From Eledone cirrhosa (lineage: Eukaryota), in NCBI GenBank assembly GCA_964016885.1, contig OZ024747.1, positions 93,620,001-93,684,000 of the forward strand: DNA of 64,000 nt. Reading direction: 5' to 3'. Below the pieces are notes generated by a model, which worked only from the letters and a program-made list of their open reading frames with translations, made no database searches and had not been told where the DNA came from. The position numbers and the translations under genes are program-made. Positions within the stretch are counted from its first letter, which is position 1, and each line of letters opens with the position of its first letter. This document shows positions 54,956 through 64,000 of this stretch, piece by piece.

Positions 54956-55191
54956 GTGTGTAATTAATATATACGAGGGCGAGAGATGTGTGTGTGTACA
55001 CCGACACGTGTGAAAAAGAATAAAGAAAACAGAGAAATACACGAGAATAGAGACAACATTCAAAAATCACGAGCGAGATAGCTACTTAAGGGTTTCCGGA
55101 TCCACCGGAAAAGCCACTTACCTGAGGTGTCATAGACATGCAGCAACCAAATAACTAGCTGCACGTTCAATACGTTAACAAAGTCCGCCAT
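8552..55191 (-). CDS. TGFBR1: TGF-beta/activin type I receptor Ser/Thr kinase, ALK4/5/7 (TGFBR1/ACVR1B/baboon-like); 10 coding exons, 1485 nt, 494 aa
   Basis: Manually spliced exons: 55191-55122, 32157-32058, 27932-27784, 23948-23730, 23045-22815, 20821-20654, 20041-19958, 12502-12305, 10857-10718, 8677-8552. All junctions are GT-AG, phases 1,2,1,1,1,1,1,1,0, with no internal stops. Product has a signal peptide, 10-Cys ectodomain with CCxxxxCN box, TM helix, GS box SGSGSGLPLL, GKGRYG, VAVKIF, L45 loop [13 protein letters not shown] (ALK4/5/7 type), [11 protein letters not shown] and GTKRYMAPE. The symbol names the nearest vertebrate group, not strict 1:1 orthology. Confidence 0.95.
9240..9715 (+). 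mobile_element. 3' fragment of a second RTE family with (GAA)n tail; copies 41938-42200 (-), 45796-46145 (-), 63347-63590 (-)
   Basis: [10 protein letters not shown]...IQAAEMGF...YYGHVVRM...RPSGRP..RWLDNI. Confidence 0.85.
10311..10632. repeat. ~135-bp tandem repeat x2.4
   Basis: ttcaaattaccatcctac...tatgctgacttcagtatc...ataactagtctc. Confidence 0.9.
10718..10857 (-). CDS. TGFBR1: Receptor exon 9
   Basis: [42 protein letters not shown]; gtaagg donor. Confidence 0.96.
11110..11405 (-). mobile_element. tRNA-derived SINE with Meta-domain-like body
   Basis: TGGCCTAGTGGTAAG A box, GGTTTGATTCC B box, ACTCAACTGAAAATGAGTACCAGC...AACCCTGTGA...GTCCTGTCCAG...GCTTCACGCCATGGAAACTGG. Confidence 0.8.
11406..11636 (+). 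mobile_element. Second Meta-like SINE, head-to-head with the previous one; related heads at 26880-27190, 34905-35045 (-), 47531-47717
   Basis: GGGTTCGATTCC B box, TTCTTGAGCAAAACAC, ACTCAGCTGAAAATG, AACCCTGAGATGGACT. Confidence 0.8.
11640..11830 (-). mobile_element. Possible Penelope-like 3' fragment
   Basis: [20 protein letters not shown] resembles PLE C-termini; weak. Confidence 0.3.
11830..12275. repeat. Purine-rich (GA/GAA) low-complexity tract
   Basis: Direct inspection; similar low-complexity GTA/GTG tract at 30440-31060 and CAC/TAC tract at 58380-58780. Confidence 0.85.
12305..12502 (-). CDS. TGFBR1: Receptor exon 8: activation segment
   Basis: [30 protein letters not shown]...[20 protein letters not shown]. 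Confidence 0.97.
12664..14842 (+). mobile_element. 5'-truncated RTE-clade LINE, RT pseudogene with three in-frame stops
   Basis: [42 protein letters not shown]. Stops near 13118, 13205 and 13946. 3' UTR has a CCATGCTAGCGTGG stem and (GAT)n tail. 5' end is fused to (TA)n. Confidence 0.95.
14890..17505 (-). mobile_element. 5'-truncated RTE-clade LINE with uninterrupted ~740-aa RT frame; no endonuclease domain
   Basis: ORF 15286-17538 has all RT motifs ([23 protein letters not shown]) and a C4HC3 finger; (GAT)n tail at 14890-14907. The ORF 'start' at 17538 is a TTG in the adjoining hairpin, not a real start. Confidence 0.96.
17503..17703. repeat. Near-perfect 72-bp inverted repeat with an internal 30-bp-period tandem duplication
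   Basis: 17503-17576 is the reverse complement of 17632-17703 (one 2-nt indel); TCATAATGATGTCCTTCATGCATTTG occurs twice in the loop. Confidence 0.92.
17845..18588. mobile_element. Fold-back element with 189-bp inverted arms; probable Penelope-like pLTR with inverted copy
   Basis: 17845-18033 is the reverse complement of 18400-18588 (3 mismatches seen). Internal ~115-bp direct repeat at 18170-18284 / 18309-18424. Arm ends in AATAAA then (TA)n and contains a hammerhead-like fold. Confidence 0.7.
18499..18573 (+). ncRNA. Variant type I hammerhead ribozyme-like fold; mirror copy on minus strand at 17860-17934
   Basis: ACAGATTGA-ctttgtt-GTTT CAGAAGA t-CCC-gttaa-GGG-t GAAA GCA-gcgattctt-TGC TT AAAC-t-TTAATCTGT. 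All three stems form; the core deviates from CUGANGA at position 4. Confidence 0.5.
19190..19600 (-). mobile_element. RTE endonuclease fragment
   Basis: [14 protein letters not shown] motif. Confidence 0.6.
19958..20041 (-). CDS. TGFBR1: Receptor exon 7: catalytic loop
   Basis: [28 protein letters not shown](G). Confidence 0.97.
20654..20821 (-). CDS. TGFBR1: Receptor exon 6: L45 loop to HMQILGVQG
   Basis: Hand translation [56 protein letters not shown]; absent from the ORF track. Confidence 0.96.
21547..21717. mobile_element. hAT (Charlie-like) MITE
   Basis: CAGTCATGGGCAAAC...GGTTGCCCATG..CCTG termini, CGGCCC-type subterminal motifs, 8-bp TSD ctccaaca/ctctaaca. Confidence 0.85.
21770..22570 (-). 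mobile_element. Co-oriented cluster of the same SINE (~4 copies)
   Basis: Repeated ggcacaaggcc...gtcgatta...ggatttgaactc units. Confidence 0.85.
22815..23045 (-). CDS. TGFBR1: Receptor exon 5: kinase N-lobe
   Basis: [12 protein letters not shown]...GKGRYGEVW...[40 protein letters not shown]. Confidence 0.97.
23730..23948 (-). CDS. TGFBR1: Receptor exon 4: transmembrane helix and GS box
   Basis: [23 protein letters not shown] followed by WSPSGSGS; cag acceptor and gttagt donor. Confidence 0.95.
25425..25504. repeat. (CATA)n microsatellite
   Basis: Direct inspection. Confidence 0.98.
27784..27932 (-). CDS. TGFBR1: Receptor exon 3: ectodomain [17 protein letters not shown]...[16 protein letters not shown]
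   Basis: ttag acceptor, gtaagt donor, CC-x5-CN cysteine box. Confidence 0.93.
28120..29760. mobile_element. Decayed RTE remnants: APE-like pieces on + (28120-28915) and RT pieces on - (29290-29760)
   Basis: Minus strand: [30 protein letters not shown]. Plus strand: VRLPDS..HLYHS..SVAFA. Confidence 0.6.
28920..29134. mobile_element. piggyBac-type MITE family 1; other copies 31082-31294, 32748-32902 (partial), 38043-38271, 57908-58113
   Basis: TTAA|CCCTTTAGCATTTA...TAAATGCTAAAGGG|TTAA; internal sequence shared among copies. Confidence 0.9.
29778..30187. mobile_element. Two tandem piggyBac-type MITE family 2 copies sharing a TTAA at 30011-30014
   Basis: TTAACCCTTT...AAAAGG TTAA CTCTTT...AAAGGGTTAA. 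Other copies at ~2010-2230, ~8919-9180, 39729-39972, 43160-43389, 60674-60913, 61240-61640 (split by a SINE) and ~62367-63000 (split by SINEs). Confidence 0.85.
32058..32157 (-). CDS. TGFBR1: Receptor exon 2: ectodomain [34 protein letters not shown]
   Basis: tttcag acceptor, gtgagt donor, activin-receptor Cys pattern. Confidence 0.92.
33219..33523 (-). mobile_element. SINE variant with the same tRNA/Nin-like head but a different 3' module and (CATA)n tail; also 9835-10148, 23470-23703
   Basis: Inserted in an RTE fragment with ~16-bp TSD cctccactt(t/c)taatta. Confidence 0.85.
35597..35788. repeat. Imperfect ~87-bp-arm hairpin (MITE/fold-back-like)
   Basis: ATAAAGTAGAAATATAA...CTGAATGGAAAA pairs with TTTTCCATTCAG...TTATATTTCTACTTTAT; ~15-nt loop. 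Confidence 0.8.
36130..36812 (-). mobile_element. Decayed fragment of the PHD-containing RTE family; sister fragment 32900-33630
   Basis: Reverse strand gives [51 protein letters not shown]. Confidence 0.85.
38043..38271. mobile_element. piggyBac-type MITE family 1 copy
   Basis: TTAA TSD, CCCTTTAACATTTA/TAAATGCTAAAGGG TIR. Confidence 0.9.
41050..41943 (+). pseudogene. Decayed Penelope-like element, GIY-YIG endonuclease region
   Basis: Frameshifted motifs [45 protein letters not shown](F/L)[42 protein letters not shown]. Confidence 0.8.
41378..41656. mobile_element. hAT MITE inserted in a Penelope GIY-YIG fragment
   Basis: CAGTGGCTGCCAAC...GTTGAGCATCCCTG; 8-bp TSD gtttacag/gcttacag. Confidence 0.8.
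43160..43389. mobile_element. piggyBac-type MITE family 2 copy
   Basis: TTAACCCT...AAAGGGTTAA; body is the reverse complement of 60674-60913. Confidence 0.85.
43468..43953 (+). mobile_element. Non-autonomous Helitron-like element
   Basis: A|TCTAAACTATAATAAAG 5' end; subterminal hairpin AAAAACCACC-tttcg-GGTGGTTTTT; CTAG|T 3' end; no TSD. Confidence 0.8.
43954..45790 (-). mobile_element. Co-oriented cluster of the same SINE (~7 copies)
   Basis: Head-to-tail units separated by (AAT)n. Confidence 0.88.
46300..46803 (+). mobile_element. Plus-strand SINE copies; also 34530-34690, 57455-57670, 61312-61498, 62477-62866
   Basis: TTGGCAGTATCGGTAGAG...GTTCAAATCCCGCCGAGGTTAACTTTGCCTTTCATCC. Confidence 0.88.
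48220..48575 (+). mobile_element. RTE 3' fragment
   Basis: [13 protein letters not shown]...MNVEG...RKPRKTW. Confidence 0.7.
49446..49696. repeat. 83-bp tandem repeat x3
   Basis: tctcataaaaggtcatctaagtgattgacaaatcttcactcagtaatatattgtaaacactagtcctctactaatgtgatgta. Confidence 0.95.
50933..52065. repeat. Nested inverted-repeat complex
   Basis: 50933-51079 is the reverse complement of 51356-51502 (147 bp). 51503-51574 and 51610-51640 mirror 51965-52065. Inner microsatellite palindrome at ~51642-51818. Confidence 0.92.
55122..55191 (-). CDS. TGFBR1: Receptor exon 1: signal peptide [23 protein letters not shown](G)
   Basis: atcATGGCG start context, hydrophobic stretch, CAG|gtaagt donor. Phase 1 matches exon 2. 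Not in the ORF track and lies 23 kb from exon 2. Confidence 0.8.
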
Positions 55192-55264
55192 GATAGGTTA
55201 CTAAATGTGGGAAATATTTTTCCCACAAGTCTTTGCGCGTCTGCGTCTGTGTTTCAGTTCCTGA

Positions 55265-55412
55265 AACAACAACCATTATCTCTAAGACAGTGAGCATAAC
55301 AACTATAATGGTTATGTCACAAAGCATAACAACAACCATAATGTTTATATCAGAAAGCATAACAACAACCATAATCTCGAAGACTGTCAGTATAACAACA
55401 ACATGATGTTTA
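55265..55412. repeat. Degenerate ~30-33-bp tandem repeat x5 just upstream of the receptor ATG
   Basis: agcataacaacaaccataat(g/c)t... units. Confidence 0.8.
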
Positions 55413-55649
55413 TGCCAAACAGAGAAGGCCTTTTTCACTAAAGACAATCAATTGGTCATAATTGTTTCTACTTTTAGCACAAGGCCAGCAATTATAACAG
55501 TACATTACTGGTACTTTATTTTATCGACCCCTTAAGGATGAAAGGCAAAGTTAACCTCGACGGGATTTGAACTCAGACCATAAAGGGCCCTAAGGTGAAA
55601 GAGGAACACAAAGTTTAGCATAATAAGCGAATACAACATAATGTTGACC

Positions 55650-56035
55650 TTTTTATTTACAATTGTATAAATAACATTACAAATGAGGAAGGAGGAAAGA
55701 AGGGCAGATCTGGCTGTGTGGGAAAGTAGAGGAAAGGACTATAAAAGCCAATGAGAGGAAAAGGAGGGTAAAGCAAGGACTCAAGGGCCACAGAAGAAAA
55801 GGAGAGGGTGATGGGCTTAGGGCGCGGCGGTGTTGGGGCTGCACCCCACGGAGAAAACTGCAAAAGCATTTCCACGGACAATGGCCAGCGACACCCGCTG
55901 CAACAGCCAACCCACCTTGCGGAGCTCCTTCCTCAGACGGGTTGCTGACGCTTCGATCTTGCCGAGGAACTTGGCAGTACGGGGTCCGAGGGCGCCTGAG
56001 GTCTCAATGCCGACAGATGCAAAAGAGGAAGCGGC
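55650..56035 (-). mobile_element. CRE-clade non-LTR retrotransposon 3' fragment (restriction-like endonuclease C-terminus plus 3' UTR)
   Basis: Hand translation FASVGIETSGALGPRTAKFLGKI...WLLQRVSLAIVRGNAFAVF, then a pyrimidine-rich UTR and AATAAAAA. Related pieces at 26417-26610 (+) and 61770-61830 (-). Confidence 0.85.
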
Positions 56036-56599
56036 TGAACAATAATGTTTATGTCAGAGAAGTTTTTCACTATAGACAATTAATTGGTCGTAGGTATACA
56101 TGATGTTAAAGAAATAATAAAGGTGAAAGGAGAAAACAAAGTTTAGCGTAATAAGCGAATGCTGGTGCCTTCTTTCTTTTTTTTTTTTTTTTTTTTTTTG
56201 TAAACTCTCAACATAAAGATTCGAGTTTGTTTATTCCTATATAATAAATTTGTTTATCTCTATATAATAGGAAACAAAAATTGATAAACAGTTTTTTTTT
56301 TAATTACATGTGTTTCTCGTCTTAAAAAAAACAACCGTGGTATTGTATCGTATTTTGTTTCTTTTCAGAGCATATATATATTTATCTTAACGCATTTTTG
56401 AAAGGACTTGTATATACCATTAACTTAGATTTCAGCTTATGACTCATTTTATGCATTCACCAAGGATTAAAAGATACATCACTCCCAACAGGCTTTGAAT
56501 TATATGGTTTTTTTTAAATATGTCTTAGTTTAGCTATTTACTATAAGCATCCTCTACCTGTAGAGTTGTCAGATTTGGTAAATACAAAATTATATTTTA

Positions 56600-56915
56600 T
56601 CATTTTTTTTATTCACAGTTGTATAAACAACATTACAAACATAATGTCGTTGATAAACACATATTACAAATACAATTAATTATTGCGAGGAACTTCATAC
56701 ACGTCACAAGGGTCAACGGAATATTTTGATACAAACCAATACGCTTGTAGCATTATCACGGTTGATGGCGAGGCTAAGGCACGGAAACAACCAGGCATCA
56801 CCTGATACCTCAGTAAGGCAGGGTGATGGCAACGCTAAGGTGTTGAAATAACCAATATATGCTTGCAGCATTACCATGGGTGATGGTGAGGCTAAAGCGC
56901 TGAACAAGTACTGGC
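56600..56915 (-). mobile_element. CRE-clade 3' fragment, second family
   Basis: GDAWLFPCLSLAINRDNATSVL; partial internal duplication; 3' end similar to the 55650 copy. Confidence 0.7.
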
Positions 56916-57907
56916 ATAACATTAGCAACTCTGAGAATTGCTCCTTAAATTCAGTTTGTTGAAGCACAAAATGCCAGTTTAGAATGTGAGAAACCTGAAG
57001 AATATTGAATGACAACAAAATTTCAAAAATCCTTTAAATTTCCAATTTCACTGCAGTTTGAACAGCATTGTACAGCCAACTCCTTCCTCAGAATCATTCA
57101 TAGTTTGTTCTAATCTTGAATAAACATTATTCATGCCTTTGTAGAAATGTCCAACAAAATTAGTACTCTGTTTTCTCCACCAAAAATTGTGCATTTCTCC
57201 ATGTCAACCTTTAACTCAGCAAGAGTTTTTCAGCAAAAGCTTGCTATAGTTTCTGAAGTCTCACTTGGAAACAATTTTACTCACGATAACCTTACCAGTA
57301 AACTTTTTTTTTAGGGAAAAATTTTGTACAATTAAAAGGAAAATTATTTATGCTTTGTGATTACTTGCATATTCTATAGATGCCATAAAAAAGACAAAGC
57401 ATTTAGATCTTTGACATTCTTTGAAATAGTGTATGGAACTATTGCACATTAGGGCAGCAGATTGGCAGTATCAGTAGAGCATCAGACACTATACTTTGCA
57501 GCATAGAGTTATGGCCCTTTACGTTGAGTTCCCATCCCACCGACGTTAGCTTTGCTTTTCATCCTTATCGGGTCGATAAAATAAAGCACCAGTAATGCAC
57601 TGAGGTCAATTTAATCAATATTCCCCTCCCCTCACATTGTTGGCCTTGTGCCAAAATCAGAAACCATTATCTCTTAAGAATTTTGTTATTTTAGTAATCA
57701 ATGGAATGAAGGATGGCATAAATCATTTGTATTTTACACTATCTATATGCAGACTTCCCATATGTTCATTGTTCAATGTTCACTTACATATTCTACAATC
57801 AACTTTAAAACAACCTTTTCTTACTTACTTAAAAACCATTATTACCTAGGTTATACAGTGACATTCCATATAAAAGTTCTTTTGTTTTGTTTTTTTTCAT
57901 AGCAGGT

Positions 57908-58113
57908 TTAATCCTTTAGCATTTACATTATTCTATATTTACTATTATATTTTTATGGTAAAGGCTTTATCTCACATAATATTGAATCTATGAGATTTTG
58001 ATATTATTTATTTTGAGAACAATACCTTAACATCAGTATGAGTGGCCGGTTTGAACAGAAAGAGGCGAGATCATTCTGGTCAGATACGCCCAATTTAAAT
58101 GCTAAAGGGTTAA
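57908..58113. mobile_element. piggyBac-type MITE family 1 copy
   Basis: TTAA TSD and TIR, same body as 28920. Confidence 0.88.
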
Positions 58114-58964
58114 ACTGCTCAGTTAAGATTGACCTTGAGGCTAAACAACAAAACTTCAATTTTATTTTGTCTACAACAAAGGGCTCGACCTAATTTGTTA
58201 GTTTCAGGCACATCAATATATACCTCATATGTTTTATTTCCCATTTTCTATTTAGTTCTGCACCCACTCCTCTTTCTCTTGTTCTACTGCTGCCAAGTAA
58301 ATATATCAGAAAAGTTTAGTGTCTTATCCAGGACTCAGCACTGTGCCAGTTATGGTAGATACACAAACAAAATTATAACTGCTAATATTACATTACTACA
58401 GGCATAATCACATCACAACTGCAGCCATTTTCATTTCTTTACAGCCTCTACCAACTGAAGTACTACCATGCTACTACAGCAACCATCACATATTTACATT
58501 TCATGATAGAGAATTACAACAACCATCATATCCCTAGCAACCAGCATACCCATACAATCACCAACACATTGCTATGTACCATTAACACAACCACATTGCC
58601 CCTCACTCATCATCATAGCCACCAGTGTATCCTTTCACTCAACATCATACCACAAACACCTCACTATAACTACTATTATAGAACTACAGTCACCACCACA
58701 CTACTATATCCACAACCACATCACTGCACCATAGTCACTACCATATTACTACATTCACCATTATATGATTAACAGATCACTTTAGTCATTTCAACACAAC
58801 TAAGACCATCATCAGCCTGCTACATATATTTGACACAAGGAAAACATTGGTGGGTGGGGAAAAGGTTTGCTAAATACGATTCCACTCAACCTGGAGCAAA
58901 GTGAGAGAATTGTATTTTTTCTCACTGAATTAAACTGAAAATCTCCTTTAAAACCTCATCCCAG

Positions 58965-59290
58965 TACATTGTATAAAGAATGAAAATATAAACACATATT
59001 AAAAAAATACAATTAATTATTGCTACGAACCTCAAATATAATACACAAAAATATATCAAATATAATACACAAAAAAAGGGAAGCTAAAACAAAAACAACC
59101 ATCAATTCACCAAGTGCAACAATGGGCCACACATCACAGGAGTCAACAGAATATTTTGAGGCAAGCCAATACGCTCGCTCGCAGCATTATCGGGTGATGG
59201 CAAGACTAAGGCACTGAAACAACCAGGCACCCTCACGGGCATCATTTAACACCTCGGTAAGGTGAGCCGCCAGTGATGACAAGAACAAGT
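58965..59290 (-). mobile_element. CRE-clade 3' fragment, second family
   Basis: FLSSLAAHLTEVLNDAREGAWLFQCLSLAITR*-NAAS; UTR homologous to 56650-56740. Confidence 0.75.
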
Positions 59291-62200
59291 GATATTTATA
59301 CAACTGTGAATAATAAAAATAAAGTTTCCCAGTACATAGGTGTACAGTTATGACTGAAGGAGAGGTAGAGAGAGAGAGAGGATTAGATGAAACCATATAA
59401 TGTGTCCATAGTTAGGATGTGTCTAATCTACACATTCTTGAAAAGTATAAAACAGTATTATGACTGTATCAATTTAAAAGTTTTTACTCTAATATAGAAA
59501 ATATTCACAATTTTCTGTGAAACACTATAAACGTTTTAATTAATAAATCTGTCTTTCAGACATTTTCTGCTAAATCCTTGTAGGATGTCGAGATTTAATC
59601 AATCGTATTACCTGATTATATCCCTTTCGTTAAACCCAGAAGGCTGAAAAAGCAAAATTGCCCTACTAGAAAGGAATATACTGAAATACCACAAAAATGT
59701 TAGTCCACATCGCTACCAATTCTGCCCTTTTCAAAAGTCTATAGATATATCTTTTCTCTTGAACTTTTATTTATAAGAATAATTGTTTCTACTTTTGGCA
59801 CAAGGCCAGCAATTATTCCAGTGCATTACTGGTGCTTTGTTTTATCGACCTCGTAAGGATGAAAGTCAAAGTTAACCTCGGCGGGATTTGAACTCAGAAC
59901 GAAAAGGGCCATAACTCTATGCTGCAAAGCATGGAGTCTGACGCTCCACTTATACTGCCAATCCACCGAATAATGTCAAGTAGGTAACTGACATAGGGAA
60001 GAGAAATTATAATGATGCTTTTTGTTTTTATTGTTGGTATTGCTGTCATCGTTATTATTGCTTATTATAATATAGATGTTTCCCTGTAAAGCCCTGGGGT
60101 ATTTGTAAAAGTTGTTGTTTGGTGGTGTTTGTGTATTTTATAGATTTTCTAAAGACACCTTTATAGGTGTTTAAAGAGCCTACTTCATAATATCTGTCAC
60201 TCTCTCACGATGTTCTATGTGCACATGTTTGAAGAAATATTTCTCTATGTTGAAAACACATTGTTTAACCAGCATTCAAGCTGTGGACGTCTTGTTTCTA
60301 TTTGTAGCATATATTTAGTATTATTTTATTTTGTATTTCTAACCATTTTCCAGATGGTAAGATAGTATTTGAGAAAGATGTAGCTACAATTTTTTGCAGG
60401 TCAAGCTGCCATATAGAGGCTTCCTTGCTCCTGGTTTTTAAACAGTATATCTAACAAAATATGTAACGTACAAGTATTGCAACTGAACTCTCTTTACATC
60501 CTAAACAATTCATACCAACACACACACACACATCTTATCAAGCCAACTACAACAAATCTTCCTCAGACAAAACTAGTTACCAAACAATTCCCCATCTTTC
60601 CTCAGAACACCTACCAATTAACATTACAACACACTCGCACATCAAAGAAAAAAGCAAAAACGTTTTTACAAAATTAACCTTTTTGTGAAAATATTTCTAA
60701 TGAAATATACTCTTTTTCAATTAGTTAATGAAGAATTTTGAGGAATTTACTAAAATTATCAATTATTTCATTACTAAGATAGTAACTTAATGTAAGGTTC
60801 GTATATAAAATTATGTTGGAACATTTTAATATAAATTGGAAACCTTTAAAATGGGCGATTTTATTTCATAGAACCAGAGCCAGTTTTAGCCAGGTTGGTA
60901 ACACAAGGGTTAAAAAAAAAATCCATAATGTAATGAGTTCTGTCAATAAACAGCATCATAGTTTTCAGAACTCAACAATACTACAATTACCAACATAAAC
61001 ACTGTAGAGCATACATTTCACAAAGTAATTATAGACACATCAGACGGTCCTATACGAGCAAGACAACCAATCTTGCCTCAAGTGGGAAAATTCCCGTCCA
61101 AACCCATGCAAGCGTGGAAGATGGACGATAAACGATGATGATGATGATGACATCCCCACCCAAAAAACAAACATTATATACAAATTCATCAACAACATTC
61201 ACAACATATATAAAGAAAACAGAATGATACCAAACATTCTTAACCTTTTCATTACCATATTTCATCATTCAATGAAACATTTGTGAGGGATTTACTAAAA
61301 TTATTTCATTAGGATTGGCAGTATCGGTAGAGCATCAGACACCATGCTTTCCAGCATAGAGTTATTGCCCTTTACGTTCTGAATTCAAATCCCGCCGATG
61401 TTAACTTTGCCTTTCATCGTTACGGGGTCAATAAAATAAAGTACCAGTAATGCACTGGGATAATTGCTGGCCTTGTGCCAAAAGTAGAAACAATTATTAA
61501 GATGGTATTGGTACATAACTTAAGTTCTTATATTAAATTATGTTGAAAGGTTTTAATTCAAATAAGAACTCTTTAAAATGGGTGATTCAATTTCATGGAA
61601 ATAGAGCTGGTTTTGGCCAGGTTGGTATCAAAAGGATTAAAGCAATCACAACATTTAGCCTACAAAAAGAAACAATGGTACACAAACAGTAGATTCATCA
61701 TGGACTATAGTAGTCTTACTTTATTGTGTTGTATCAGATGAAAGAATGGTATTTAACTAATGTATTGGTACGCGATGGGGCCCACCCACAGCCCCGGCAG
61801 ACAGAATGGAGAAGGCGTTTCCACGGAGGGGGTACCCAATCTCTCTACAATAAACTATAAAGATCATAAAACAATGCACTGTACATGATAACGTACTTAC
61901 ATCAGATCTACATAACAAAACAAAAATATGAAAAATAACAGCCATCTGGTCATGCAAGAGTTAATGTTTGTTGTGTCAACCCAGTCCTTAGCACTACATG
62001 AAAAACCACCCCTATCCAACCAGATACACATATACAACACACCAGAGTACTGCTACAATGTCATCCTAAATACACAATCTCTCCCACTCAGCATAAAAAT
62101 CATTTACACAGCCTCACTGACCCCAAACTCTGTTCTGAGATGCAAGACTCTATCAATACGTGCTGAGGAACTGCAACTGTTACTCTCTGACCGAGTCTAA

Positions 62201-63647
62201 CTGGCCCATCTCCACTGTAGTCACAAATTGAATCTATGTGTATACAAAAATATACAAGACAGTGGAGGGAATGCAGTATGTCCAGTTGTTTCACTCTACC
62301 CCCCCCCCCCCCCCATACGATTTATCTGTGTGCAGCATGTTTCTCAGCTAGGGATATATATGGTATAACCCTTTCGTTGCCATATTTCTAATAAAAGACA
62401 CTGCCTGGTGGTTTTTGAATAATTAAGGATTTTTTGGAGGGATTTAGTATAATATATTAACTTTCACATTATTGTAGATTGGCAGTATCAGTAGAGCATT
62501 GAACAACATGCTTTGTGGCATAGAATTACGGCCCTTTATGTTCTGAGTTCAAATCCTGCTGAGGTTTCATCCTTACAGAGTTGATAAAATAAAATACTAG
62601 TCACTTACTGGGGTCAATTTAATCAACTTTCCGCTCCCCTAATTGGCCTTGTGCCGATGTCAGAAATCATTATTAAACTGGTGGATTGGCAGTATCGGTA
62701 GAGGGTCAGAGGCCATGCTTTCCAGCATAGCTATGTCCCTTTACGATCTGAGTTCAAATGCCGCTGAGGTTGACTTTGCCTTTCATCCTTACGGGGTCGT
62801 TAAAATAAAGTACCAGTAATGCACTGGGTAATTGCTGGCCTTGTGCCTAAAGTAGAAACAATTATTAAACTGGTGTTTGTAGCATAACTTAACAAAGGTT
62901 CTTACTTAAAATTACAGTGGAAAGTTTTTAGATAAATACAAAATAAATAGCTTTGTATCATAGAACCAGGGATAGTTTCCAGCGATTTGATATCAAAAAT
63001 TATAATTGGAAAGATGGATTGTGCTAACTGCCTGCATGATATAAAACTGCTCAATTTGATGTGACCTGAGTCTATACATATATACATCAACAATCAAGAA
63101 CTAACCAATCTTGAAGAAATAAAGCACCCCATTGTAATTTAGACAACAATAACTTTTTATAATTCCTACATTATATTTTAGAAAAGTGTTACATTCACAG
63201 ATTGAATTGGCATGATATAAGTGTTTCTGGGGAATTCAATTTTTCAAGGTTACTGCACAAACATTTGACAAAATAACCAAGTGAAGTAATAGTTATAAGT
63301 ACAAATAGGAGTGTATAATCAGAGTATAGCAGCTGTAAATTATAAAGCTTCTTCTTCTTCACCCACTTATTCCTGAGAGGGTCACGGGGTAGAGTTCTCA
63401 AACACACTTCCAGTAGGTCTTGTCAGAAACAACCATTTTCATCTGATCCAGCAGGATCCCCAATTGAGACCTTCCAAGCTCATGGATGTTATCCAACCAT
63501 CTTGCTCTGGGTCTCCTGCCAGTTGGTTTTGCCCGTAAAAAATCTTCCAGCGATTCTTTCCTGAGACATTCTAACCACATGCCCTTAGTATTGGAGCTAA
63601 TCGCCTTCTTTTTCACCGACTTTGGACGAAATGTTAACACTCTAAGT

Positions 63648-63934
63648 CAGAGGTTCTCCCCCCCCCCCCCACACACACACACGTAACACCCTCAGCGGCC
63701 CCACCCTGTTTCCAGAGAGACTGCCTACATGCAAATTGTAAATAATTTATTATAAATAATATAATATATATTATGTATAAATAGATATTTTTTATTTTAC
63801 TATATTTATATATATGTATCATTTGATATTTAATATACTAATATATCATCTCTACCTCCCCTTTAGGCCCCAGCACCCCCTGGACCTTCTCAATGCCTCC
63901 CGAGGGGTGGTAGTGCCCACTTTGAGAACCTCTG
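63648..63934. mobile_element. hAT MITE
   Basis: CAGAGGTTCTC...GAGAACCTCTG TIR; 8-bp TSD ctctaagt/ctcaaagt. Confidence 0.85.
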
Positions 63935-64000
63935 CTCAAAGTCAATTCCTTTCACATTTTTATTTATGATTATATCTGGTACTTTATTTATCGACCCTGT

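Noticed and set aside
23949-55121. Mutually exclusive ligand-binding exons as in Drosophila baboon
   Set aside because: No second Cys-box exon with proper splice phases found by eye in introns 1-3; not excluded without RNA-seq

Overview
AT-rich, repeat-dense animal genomic DNA. The SINE/RTE repertoire suggests an octopod cephalopod (inference). The window holds one complete protein-coding gene on the minus strand: a 10-exon, 494-aa TGF-beta/activin type I receptor of the ALK4/5/7 (TGFBR1/ACVR1B/baboon) group. It runs from ATG at 55191 to TAA at 8552, with all nine GT-AG introns phase-compatible. The rest is intronic or flanking mobile DNA: two 5'-truncated RTE LINEs tail-to-tail, CRE-clade and Penelope fragments, dozens of tRNA-derived SINEs, piggyBac and hAT MITEs, a non-autonomous Helitron, and mini- and microsatellites. 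The most unusual features are fold-back structures inside the receptor pre-mRNA. These include a 189-bp inverted repeat whose arms each carry a variant type I hammerhead-ribozyme fold (17845-18588), a ~2.2-kb RTE/RTE inverted pair, a head-to-head SINE pair and a nested palindrome complex at 50933-52065. Most ORF-track entries are spurious. No prokaryote-type system (CRISPR, operon) is present.
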